Shown: positions 29,801 through 38,361 of the stretch, piece after piece | Layout: every line of letters starts with the position of its first letter | How positions within the stretch are numbered: position 1 is the first letter of the stretch | Assembly: GCA_964541395.1 (NCBI GenBank) | Contig: CAZIPM010000004.1 | Span: 1,188-65,187 of the forward strand | Direction of reading: 5' to 3' | Source of the DNA: an uncultured Gammaproteobacteria bacterium | GTDB lineage: Bacteria > Patescibacteriota > Microgenomatia > UBA8517 | Length of the DNA: 64,000 nt | The notes under the pieces: model-generated | Databases searched by the model: none | The model's input: only the letters and a program-made list of their open reading frames with translations | Told to the model about the DNA's origin: nothing | Translations under genes and position numbers: made by a program

Positions 29801-30176
29801 GTTAGGCATAGATGAAGTTTATGTTATTCATGAAGCTATAATTAAACAAGCAGGTACGAAAGCTTTTGTCCGTGATTTTTCATTGCTTCACTCAGCAGTA
29901 GAAAGACCTTATGCAACATACGAAGGACAGGACCTTTATCCGACTATATTTTTGAAAGCGGGCGCAATTTTACAATCTATCTGTCTAAACCATCCGTTTA
30001 CAGATGGAAATAAAAGGACAGCATGGCTTTCTGCAAAAAGATTTTTGTGGATTAATGGATATCACTTGTCAAGTCACACAAAGGATACAGTAGATTTTAT
30101 GTTAAATGTAGATAATAAACATCCAAAGTTGGTTGAAATTTCGTTATGGCTTAAAAAACATTCAAAGGCACTTTAA
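29772..30176 (+). CDS. doc: Doc (death-on-curing) Fic-family toxin
   Basis: HPFTDGNKRTAWL matches the Fic/Doc HxFx(D/N)GNKR motif. Confidence 0.85.
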   Translation: MPKFSKNLLKLGIDEVYVIHEAIIKQAGTKAFVRDFSLLHSAVERPYATYEGQDLYPTIFLKAGAILQSICLNHPFTDGNKRTAWLSAKRFLWINGYHLSSHTKDTVDFMLNVDNKHPKLVEISLWLKKHSKAL

Positions 30177-30206
30177 ATAGTTAAATATAGATGTTACATT
30201 TAAACT

Positions 30207-31193
30207 ATGCGAGTTTTTGCCACAAGACAAATACCAGGAGATCACCTAGAAAAACTAAAAGGTTTGGGTTTTGAGGTTGAGATATCGGAATTTGACAGAC
30301 CTCTTACACCCGAGGAGCTTCTGGAGAAAACAAAAGGATATGAAGGAATAATTTCTCTTCTGACGGATAAAATTGACGGAGAAGTAATAGATGCCATTGG
30401 ACCCCAACTTAAAATTATCAGTAATTATGCTGTTGGTTTTGACAATATCAATGTTGATGAAGCAACAAAAAGAGGAGTGGTGATAACCAATACTCCTAGT
30501 GATGAAGTCAATGAAGCAGTTGCAGAACATACTTGGGCCTTGATTTTAGCTTTAACCAGAAGAGTAGTAGAAGCAGATGAAGCAACAAGAAGAGGAGCAT
30601 ACAAAGGTTGGAAACCTGATATTTTCCTGGGTAAATCACTAAAAGGAAAAACATTAGGAATAGTGGGTATGGGAAGGATTGGAAGTATGGTTGTAAATAG
30701 AGCACAGGGATTTGGTATGCAGGTTTTATATAATAAACACACAAGAGATACCGATGCTGAAGAAAAACTAGGTATTAAATTTGCAGAATTGGACACACTT
30801 TTGGCAGAAAGCGATGTTGTTACCCTTCATGTTCCGTTAAATGATGAAACCAGGCATCTTATAAATAAAGAAACTCTTATGAAAATGAAAAAGGGGTCAT
30901 ATCTTATTAATACCGCTCGCGGCCCCGTAGTTTTGGAACACGCATTGGTTGAAAGTTTAAGAGATGGGCACTTGGGGGGAGCTGCCTTGGATGTTTTTGA
31001 AACAGAACCAAATATAGATCCTGAACTTTTTGGAATGCCCAATGTTATAACAACACCTCACATAGCTTCAGCTACTTATGAAGCTAGAGAAGAAATGGGT
31101 AAAATGGCAATTGAGGCAATTGAGGAATTTTCAAAAGGTCAGATGCCTGCCAATATAGTCAACAAAGACGTTTGGGAAAACAGGAGAAAATAA
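30207..31193 (+). CDS. D-isomer-specific 2-hydroxyacid dehydrogenase
   Basis: GKTLGIVGMGRIGSMV NAD-binding motif and R...E...H catalytic layout. Confidence 0.85.
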   Translation: MRVFATRQIPGDHLEKLKGLGFEVEISEFDRPLTPEELLEKTKGYEGIISLLTDKIDGEVIDAIGPQLKIISNYAVGFDNINVDEATKRGVVITNTPSDEVNEAVAEHTWALILALTRRVVEADEATRRGAYKGWKPDIFLGKSLKGKTLGIVGMGRIGSMVVNRAQGFGMQVLYNKHTRDTDAEEKLGIKFAELDTLLAESDVVTLHVPLNDETRHLINKETLMKMKKGSYLINTARGPVVLEHALVESLRDGHLGGAALDVFETEPNIDPELFGMPNVITTPHIASATYEAREEMGKMAIEAIEEFSKGQMPANIVNKDVWENRRK

Positions 31194-31328
31194 CTTCGGA
31201 TTTTAGTACAACTGAAAACACAAAATAATCTTATGTACTCAGTCGTACCAGCCTGCAAACAAATTTTCTTTTTAATTTTTTTAAAAAAGTTTTATCTGAA
31301 TGCAGACTGGCGTATTGGTTGGAGTTAA

Positions 31329-32516
31329 TTAGCGGGTGCAGATTAAAATCCAGTCATCCTTTTGGATGAAAAGTGATTTTAACCAACACCTGGCTGCGTC
31401 GTATGGCATGTAAATCTTATCTTGAATTATGATAACCCCCTGCTTTTCTAATTCTTTCAACCTCTTACTGTAGAGGCGGTAAGCGAGGTAATCGTAACTA
31501 CCCATGCTGCCCAAATCTGCGGGGGACGAATAATACCTTCCTCCTTCGCTGAAAATTCCACTTCGGCTCATGAAGCTGTTATGGAAGTCCATAATGAGAT
31601 AATCTTTTGAATTGCATAATGCCCATAACCCCCACTTTTTGCAGTCAAAGTTCACCTCATCTTCCTCTAGACGAATTACTGTCCAGGGGGAATAAATAGA
31701 CTCATTGGCTTCTTCGTCATACCGGACAAACCCCTTAACAACTGCAAATAGCTGCCACTTGTTCCTGAAACCCCACTCAAAAGTGTATTCTGCTTCAGGA
31801 TTCGGATCTATAGCCGTGCTCTGGATATATTGCAAGCTAATGAGCAAAGCTATAAGGATCGTTCCAGCTATTATGGCAATTGCTATCTGCTTCTTCCTTT
31901 CTGAAAGGAGGAACAAAGCTAAGAAGACAGTCCAGGTGCCAAGTGCTCCCTTAAGTGCTTGGGTGGTTGCCCGATTGAAGTTGTACAATTGCCAGGGCTC
32001 TTCAATGAAGAAAAGCTTGACAAAGTCGCGGATGATCATCCCAATCGCGATAGCGATCAGAACATTGGCGATCGCCCTAAAAACCTTATGTTTTGTTTCA
32101 GGCGTCTTCTCCTGCCAAAACCCAAATATTTTTGGAAGGAGGTAGGGCAAGATAAGCGTTGATGTCGGGAATGTAAGAACATCAGCCCAATCAACATCTG
32201 CATCCGCTAGCACTACGGGAAGAAAAACAATCACTTCCCAGATCAGAACCACAACTGCCCAGATTTTGTAACCTTTAGCAATTACTTTAATGGCGTTAAC
32301 CATTTTTGCATCAAGGATCCGGACTTTTAGATATCTGTCATATGCCTCCAAGCATAGATATCCAGTAAAGAATACGAGCGGTAAAAACCATACTTCTACA
32401 AAAAGTGATGGCCAGACCCTATCGTTGCCGTATCGGATCCAGAAGGTTGCCATACTTGTGGCAATGAACAGCGCGCTAATGATAGCGCTCAACAAGAAAC
32501 CAATCTTTGCTTTCAT
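31329..32516 (-). CDS. polytopic membrane protein with C-terminal soluble domain
   Basis: Start set at MKAKIGF (ATG at 32514-32516) behind a strong SD AAAGGAG; ORF-track start is further upstream. Confidence 0.45.
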   Translation of the reverse strand: MKAKIGFLLSAIISALFIATSMATFWIRYGNDRVWPSLFVEVWFLPLVFFTGYLCLEAYDRYLKVRILDAKMVNAIKVIAKGYKIWAVVVLIWEVIVFLPVVLADADVDWADVLTFPTSTLILPYLLPKIFGFWQEKTPETKHKVFRAIANVLIAIAIGMIIRDFVKLFFIEEPWQLYNFNRATTQALKGALGTWTVFLALFLLSERKKQIAIAIIAGTILIALLISLQYIQSTAIDPNPEAEYTFEWGFRNKWQLFAVVKGFVRYDEEANESIYSPWTVIRLEEDEVNFDCKKWGLWALCNSKDYLIMDFHNSFMSRSGIFSEGGRYYSSPADLGSMGSYDYLAYRLYSKRLKELEKQGVIIIQDKIYMPYDAARCWLKSLFIQKDDWILICTR

Positions 32517-32771
32517 TTTATTTCTCCTTTTGAGTAGTTGATATAAAGTCCACCACGTGGGCTTAATCTTTCTACCCAAAAAGAAAATTTATCCAACCAA
32601 CATGTAAATGTGCTTACCTTCAAACTATTTACTAAATGCGCTAGTTGCATTAAAAATGCTTGAAAGTACAGTTGATTACACAAACTTTTTATGCAATCAA
32701 TTGTTTCGCTGGCTAAATCTTGTTCTCAAATAAATGAGGATTAAGCCAGCGGCATAGTGTGTATTAAGTTG

Positions 32772-33326
32772 TTAGGGCATATTGCCGAAGCTGATGCTCG
32801 TCGCGTCACTGGGGATACTGACTGAAACAATTTTGCCAGGAGTAATGATAGTTTTCACTATCTCTCCAGACTTATCTGTCCAGACAACATGCCAGTAACC
32901 AAGTCGAACGAAAACTTCGACCTTCTCTCCCGCACAAAAGCGAATCGAATTGTCAAATTTCAAACAACCGTTTCCGCCTCTGGCAAAAACCGTCCTGGCA
33001 GCTGTTTGGGCATACCAACCTTTCCCTTGCGGTTCAGGAAAGACGATTTCAGTAGGGATAGGTGTGTTTGTTGGTGGCAATGTTGCTGTTGTCTGCTCGG
33101 TCACCGTGACCTTAAGTAAAGCTTCCAATGCCACTTCTGGATCCGGCTGCTTAAAAGCGGCCATCAATACCAGAATAGTAGCTACAACCCAAAGGATGGT
33201 GATAACCAAAACGGCCACACCTTTTTTTCCTCGGGCTGTTTTGCTTCCACAGTTGGGGCAACGAATTGCCTTTTTTGGTAAATCCGCACCACAATCAACA
33301 TTTTTGCAAAACTGTAACTCGTCCAT
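32772..33326 (-). CDS. zinc-ribbon membrane protein with C-terminal beta-rich domain
   Basis: CKNVDCGADL...CPNCGSK zinc ribbon, one TM, Thr/Pro linker. Confidence 0.45.
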   Translation of the reverse strand: MDELQFCKNVDCGADLPKKAIRCPNCGSKTARGKKGVAVLVITILWVVATILVLMAAFKQPDPEVALEALLKVTVTEQTTATLPPTNTPIPTEIVFPEPQGKGWYAQTAARTVFARGGNGCLKFDNSIRFCAGEKVEVFVRLGYWHVVWTDKSGEIVKTIITPGKIVSVSIPSDATSISFGNMP

Positions 33327-33595
33327 TTTATTTCTCCTTTTGACTATTTTGAATACGACGCAAAAACTTCAAATAGAAATAACTTAAAATCTATGTGCCG
33401 TATTCAACAGCCTTTGGGAGAAACTTTAACTACACACTATATTTTAAAGAGCTAATTTTATTTAAAGTTACCCTAGAGCAAACTCTATTAAACCTTAAAT
33501 AACTAAAAATATTATCCTATAGCTATGTTTTAAAGTCAGGACAAACGGGAGACAAAACGAGGTTAAATCAATGTTTAAGCGTAATACCTTAAAAT

Positions 33596-34591
33596 TTGTG
33601 TTATATTTTAGTCATGGATTTTTTCAAACACCCTTACTACAAAGAATTTAAAATTTTCTGTAATGTGGCTTATAAGCAGAATATGAATGTAATTCTTTTA
33701 AGTATACCCAGTATGAGTGTGACTTTTTTTATCAACAAATTATTAGAAGAAGATGCTGAGGGTATTTATAGTGTTGTCAATGAAAGTGGCCAAAAAAACG
33801 GTAGATTTACATTTCTAGATTTGGACTATTCAAGACAATCTAAAAAAGCACTAGATTTGACAGATTCCTATTTAAGCTCTGCATCCAGTCAGGATAAATT
33901 CATGGTAGTTATCGACAATCCTCATATATTAGACACAGACAGTTTTAAGAAGAGTTATCTGGCTAACCATTTTTATAAAATCTTTTACTTTAAGCCATTA
34001 GATTTTGATTTGATAAAGATGTTTGCCTTGAATATGAAAATTAAAGTATCTAATGATGAAATCGAGCAAATTTTAAACCTTAGTGGAGGAATCAGTTCAA
34101 TCGTAAAATACCTTCTGGCTAATCAGGAGCTAATTGGAAACCCTGTTCAAGGATTGGTTAATAATCAGGAGTTTATTAAATCAATCCATTTAACTATTGA
34201 AATGATAAGAAAATCCAGAATTTCGTATTTGGAAAAGTTGGGTATATTAGAAAACAGAGAATTTAAAAGTAAAATGATACAAAAGTATTTTGAAAATCAA
34301 AATATTAATCTTGTTGATGTATTAATAGGTAAGGATTTAAGCTTTGAAGAAAATGGTTTGCTAAATTCGGAAAGACTTCTTAAATTAGAAAAAGAAATTA
34401 TTGAATTTACTATCGAAAACAATGGAATAATTTCAAAAGAAGATATAGCTGATATAAAATGGGAAAAAGATAGCTATGATTCTTATTCTGATGACGCAAT
34501 CGTTAAAACCATGCTCAGGTTGAATAAAAAGCTACAGAGGTATAAATTCATATCTGTTCCAACGCTTGGATATCAACTAATAAATAAATGA
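33596..34591 (+). CDS. hypothetical regulator-like protein: degenerate ATPase/REC-like N-region plus C-terminal OmpR/PhoB-type winged helix
   Basis: C-terminal ...ISKEDIADIKWEKDSYDSYSDDAIVKTMLRLNKKL fits the trans_reg_C pattern; N-region has hhhhD and LSGGIS elements but no intact Walker A. Confidence 0.4.
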   Translation: MCYILVMDFFKHPYYKEFKIFCNVAYKQNMNVILLSIPSMSVTFFINKLLEEDAEGIYSVVNESGQKNGRFTFLDLDYSRQSKKALDLTDSYLSSASSQDKFMVVIDNPHILDTDSFKKSYLANHFYKIFYFKPLDFDLIKMFALNMKIKVSNDEIEQILNLSGGISSIVKYLLANQELIGNPVQGLVNNQEFIKSIHLTIEMIRKSRISYLEKLGILENREFKSKMIQKYFENQNINLVDVLIGKDLSFEENGLLNSERLLKLEKEIIEFTIENNGIISKEDIADIKWEKDSYDSYSDDAIVKTMLRLNKKLQRYKFISVPTLGYQLINK

Positions 34592-35658
34592 CCGATTTAC
34601 TAGAAATAACTGAAACAGAAATTTCAACCGCTCCAGATCGACACTTTAAATACCTTAGACCAGAGATTCCACTTATTAAAGAGGGATTTACCATTGATCG
34701 AATTTTGATCGAGGTAGATAGGATAACCGGTTTTGCTGTTGAAATAATAAAATTTCCTGATGTAGATGAGTTAAATGGAAGGGATGGAGTACACGTGTGT
34801 ATTATTTCAAACAGTAATTATCCGTACTCAAGCCCCATGAGCCGTTTTGGAGAAAAGCTTAAAGGTTCAAATTCAAAAATTGAAGTTTCCCAAATGAGTG
34901 AAGCACAAAAGCAGAGGTGGAATCATTGTAGAAATATATTAAAACTTCCCTATGAAGTGTCTGCTCAACTAACATTTAATGATTCGGAAAGAAATCTGTC
35001 AGGATGGATTGTCCCTGATGAGGATGTTGTACCTACAAGGCTGATTTCTTTGAATGGATTGGTTAAATCTGGTAAATCTTTAATAGCAGCCTTTTTATCT
35101 ATTAAAGAAGACCTTCCAGTTTTTAGCCTGGACAAATTTTCGGTTTACACAGTTGATGCTTATTTGGAGGAACTTAAAGCCAATGGAATATCTAAAGATT
35201 CAAACGCTGCAGAGTTTATTAAAGTAATAAGCGAATTCATAAACAGGAATCCTAAAAGGAAAATGGATAATCGAAGTGCAAAATCGCTTAGGGAAACTCT
35301 TAATGAATTAACTAATTTTTTTGAGAAAGGGTACAGACCAAAAGTAATGCTCATAGACGGGGTGGGAGACAAACCTGAAGGAGTAATTCCTCTAAATGCA
35401 TATCATTTGGCAAGTTTATATGGATCAGAGGCGTCTATATTAATAGAAATTCCAGAGTTAGCAAATAATTTAGACCTTTTTGAATATGGAAGGCTAGATG
35501 TTAGACAAGAAGTACCCCCATATTTTGTCTTCTACAGGATTAGACACCCAGGGGTAGGAAGATATACTGGTGATATAGATACCAGAATTCTTCCTGATTC
35601 ACTTGATGTACTTTTAACTGAATTCAGAAATAAAATAAAAGAGAAAAGTGATTTTTAG
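34588..35658 (+). CDS. P-loop NTPase (dNK-like kinase fold) with uncharacterised ~150-aa N-domain
   Basis: Walker A NGLVKSGKS; DKFSVYTVD resembles dNK ERS(V)YSD; R/K-rich lid-like segment; hhhhDG Walker B (KVMLIDGVG); ATGA-coupled to upstream gene. Confidence 0.5.
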   Translation: MTDLLEITETEISTAPDRHFKYLRPEIPLIKEGFTIDRILIEVDRITGFAVEIIKFPDVDELNGRDGVHVCIISNSNYPYSSPMSRFGEKLKGSNSKIEVSQMSEAQKQRWNHCRNILKLPYEVSAQLTFNDSERNLSGWIVPDEDVVPTRLISLNGLVKSGKSLIAAFLSIKEDLPVFSLDKFSVYTVDAYLEELKANGISKDSNAAEFIKVISEFINRNPKRKMDNRSAKSLRETLNELTNFFEKGYRPKVMLIDGVGDKPEGVIPLNAYHLASLYGSEASILIEIPELANNLDLFEYGRLDVRQEVPPYFVFYRIRHPGVGRYTGDIDTRILPDSLDVLLTEFRNKIKEKSDF

Positions 35659-35884
35659 AGATGGTACCCATTCTATAAATGTTTGGTAAAAAGTGGTCAT
35701 TATGGTTTATTCCAAACGATGGTTTTTGTAGTAAATCTTCCTTTTACTAGTAAACCCCCTATATTTTTCTAAAAGTGGACTAATAATTATTTGTCTATTC
35801 CTGATATCAAATATATCTAGCAAATAAATTAAAAAAGGGAATTTTTAATTGTTTTTATAAAATAATTAATTACCAGGTTAGCCA

Positions 35885-36595
35885 TTATTTTCCTAGAGTT
35901 GCCGAAATTAAATCTGGTCGGAAGTCTGTTTGTGGTTTGCGTAACGGAGTTTCAAATGTTTTTTTAAAACCATCCCTCGCCGAACTATCTGGAATAATTG
36001 GAATAGAGTACATGTCTATATTTTTATAGTTAGCAGTAACCCCTTTTTGTACGTTCGGATCTTTATACCTTACAAGGTCATAACCCCAAATTACAGACAG
36101 CTCGACAGGTACTTTAAAGACACCTTGGGCAAAGTTTTCAGCCTCTTGTACAAATAAAATCTCGTTTAAAGGTATATCTGCAGCGCTTTTGATATTTGGA
36201 TTAGTGATCAAGGCGATATCTTGATCACTAAACCTCCCAGGTGTTTTATTAGGATTAACTCTACTCCCATATAAAACTAGGCCAGCGAAGGTATTAGGAA
36301 ATTGGTATTTTAGATATAATGATGTTATAAAAGCATCAATTTTTAATTTAAACCTACTTGGATTTTTACTTTTATCACCTAAACCTAAAATAGATTCGAT
36401 TTTAGCTCTAATCGCAGCTTCTGGGATTTCTTCTTGAGTATACATATTTTCAAACTGGTCAAATCGTTGTGCCAGCTCATCAATTTGATTAAATGTCGCA
36501 TTCCCTATTTCTTTAGGAGATACCAAATTATGATTGACCAACTTATCAATATTATGTGCCTCAGTAATTAAGCCATCGCTAGGTACTATGTCCAT
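35885..36595 (-). CDS. Pol-beta-superfamily nucleotidyltransferase-like protein
   Basis: LYGSRVNPNKTPGRFSDQDIALI matches hG[GS]-x(9-13)-Dh[DE]h. Confidence 0.4.
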   Translation of the reverse strand: MDIVPSDGLITEAHNIDKLVNHNLVSPKEIGNATFNQIDELAQRFDQFENMYTQEEIPEAAIRAKIESILGLGDKSKNPSRFKLKIDAFITSLYLKYQFPNTFAGLVLYGSRVNPNKTPGRFSDQDIALITNPNIKSAADIPLNEILFVQEAENFAQGVFKVPVELSVIWGYDLVRYKDPNVQKGVTANYKNIDMYSIPIIPDSSARDGFKKTFETPLRKPQTDFRPDLISATLGK

Positions 36596-36655
36596 AACTA
36601 CATTGATATTAACATATTAGTTTGTTTAATAAAGTAAAGCTGATAAAATTTAAAT

Positions 36656-37660
36656 ATGGTATTGTTTGGCAAGAAAAAAGAAGAGGACTATGAAGATGAA
36701 GACGAGTTGGAAACTAAAGAATTAAAACGCCCCAAAAGAATACGTGATTTAAATCCTGAGAACAGAAAAAAAAGAAAAGAACCTCCAAAACCTTGGGGAA
36801 AGAGGGAAAGACTTGCCGTCCTTCTGACTTTTCTCGCAACAGTTATAACAGCAGGAATGATGTCTGCTTCTGCCAGGGCTTGGAAACTTCCTAATTTACC
36901 CCGTATTAAAGCTCCTGATTTTTCTAACTTCTTTCTTTTTAGGGAAGAAACAATAGTTGTTGGTAATACTTCACTTTCAACCAACCAGGAAAAGATAGCT
37001 AAAATCAAAGAAGCATTCAGAAAAGAAACTGACGGTTTTTCTGGGATTTATGCATTTTATCTATACGATCTTAAGGGTGATTATTTCTACGGTGAAAACT
37101 ATCAGGAAATTATGCAATCTGCATCATTAATCAAACTTCCCATTATGGCATTAACATACAGCAAAGCGGAAAAAGGAGGACTTAAAATTGATGACTACAG
37201 AGAATATCTAAAAAATATGGGTAAAAGATCAGATAATCAGGCTTTTTTGAAAATGGTTGATGTTTTAGGTCGGATTGAAATACAAAAATATATAAATTCA
37301 TTGGGAATGAGTGAAACTTCCCTGGAAAAAAACTTGACAACGCCTGCCGATATCGGTCTTTTTTTCAAGAAACTTTACAACAATGAAATTATAAACAAGG
37401 AAGATAAAGATGAGCTTTTGGGATTTCTGACGGACACCATTTTTGAAGATTGGCTGGCAGGGGGTATTCCTGAAGAAATTAAAGTCTCACATAAATACGG
37501 CCGGGAAATTCACAGCGTCAGTGACGGAGGGATAGTTTTTGATACAGATCCTTTTATTTTGGTTATCATGACGGACGGAGTAATTGAAACTGAAGCGGAT
37601 GAACTATTCCCAAAATTATCCAAATTGTTGTATGATATGCATACAAAAGATGATATATAG
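36656..37660 (+). CDS. serine beta-lactamase-like / PBP-like hydrolase
   Basis: SASLIK (SxxK), RSDNQ (SDN) and HKYG (KTG-like) in class A order; charged N-terminus plus TM. Confidence 0.55.
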   Translation: MVLFGKKKEEDYEDEDELETKELKRPKRIRDLNPENRKKRKEPPKPWGKRERLAVLLTFLATVITAGMMSASARAWKLPNLPRIKAPDFSNFFLFREETIVVGNTSLSTNQEKIAKIKEAFRKETDGFSGIYAFYLYDLKGDYFYGENYQEIMQSASLIKLPIMALTYSKAEKGGLKIDDYREYLKNMGKRSDNQAFLKMVDVLGRIEIQKYINSLGMSETSLEKNLTTPADIGLFFKKLYNNEIINKEDKDELLGFLTDTIFEDWLAGGIPEEIKVSHKYGREIHSVSDGGIVFDTDPFILVIMTDGVIETEADELFPKLSKLLYDMHTKDDI

Positions 37661-37683
37661 ATATCAAACGATAATTAAATAAA

Positions 37684-38361
37684 ATGAAAACACCAATTGA
37701 ATATATAAAAGAAGCCTGGAAAATCTATACAGATAAGAAGAACTTTAGGTTTTTTGCCAGAGTAATGGCAATTGTGACAGTACTTTCTGGGATTTTGAGT
37801 TATGTAATGGGTTATTTCTACCCGTTCAAATATCCAGCACAAAGTATTGACTATTCCAATCCTAGGGAATTAGGACTATTTATAATCTTGGTCGTTGCTA
37901 TAAGTATTATTGGTTTATGGGGTAAATCTGTTGGATATATGGCTGTCATAAAAATGGGGAAAGATGAAAAAGAAATATTGAAACTCGGTTATCTTAAAAT
38001 GTGGAAGTTTTTCTTGATTATGCTGGTATCCGGATTAATTATTGTTTTGGGATTAGTAGCTCTTATTATCCCTGGCATAATTTTTTCGGTAAAATATTCC
38101 ATGTCTCCATTTTTGGTAATGGAAAAGAACTTGGGAGTAAAAGCAGCTTTGTCTGAAAGTTCAAAAATGGTTAAAGGGATATTCTGGAAAGTTTTTGGAC
38201 GATTCATTGTATTTGGTTTATTTACGATGTTAATTTCAATACTGGTAGATTTAGTTCCTTACGGTGGAGGATATTTGCTGACCACTTTTGCCGCTCCTTT
38301 TTTTCTTTTGCCTTTCTATCTCCTGTATAAAGACGTGGGGTTGAGGAACTCCGGTAGTTGA
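37684..38361 (+). CDS. polytopic membrane protein, hypothetical
   Basis: Several TM helices; 3' end overlaps convergent PBP gene by ~110 nt. Confidence 0.4.
   Translation: MKTPIEYIKEAWKIYTDKKNFRFFARVMAIVTVLSGILSYVMGYFYPFKYPAQSIDYSNPRELGLFIILVVAISIIGLWGKSVGYMAVIKMGKDEKEILKLGYLKMWKFFLIMLVSGLIIVLGLVALIIPGIIFSVKYSMSPFLVMEKNLGVKAALSESSKMVKGIFWKVFGRFIVFGLFTMLISILVDLVPYGGGYLLTTFAAPFFLLPFYLLYKDVGLRNSGS

Noticed and set aside
32508-33335. Identical ~20-nt sequence CATTTTATTTCTCCTTTTGA upstream of the minus-strand genes at 32516 and 33326; possible small repeat or mobile-element end.
   Set aside because: On the coding strand it is TCAAAAGGAGAAATAAAATG, i.e. a shared Shine-Dalgarno and start context, not a terminal repeat.
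37684-38361. 111-nt convergent overlap between the membrane-protein gene and the 3' end of PBP1A (38251-38361); possible frameshift or pseudogene.
   Set aside because: Both stops are fixed and both C-termini look native (PBP tail is charged; the membrane protein ends after its last TM). This is probably a genuine convergent overlap in a compact genome, noted but not called an anomaly.
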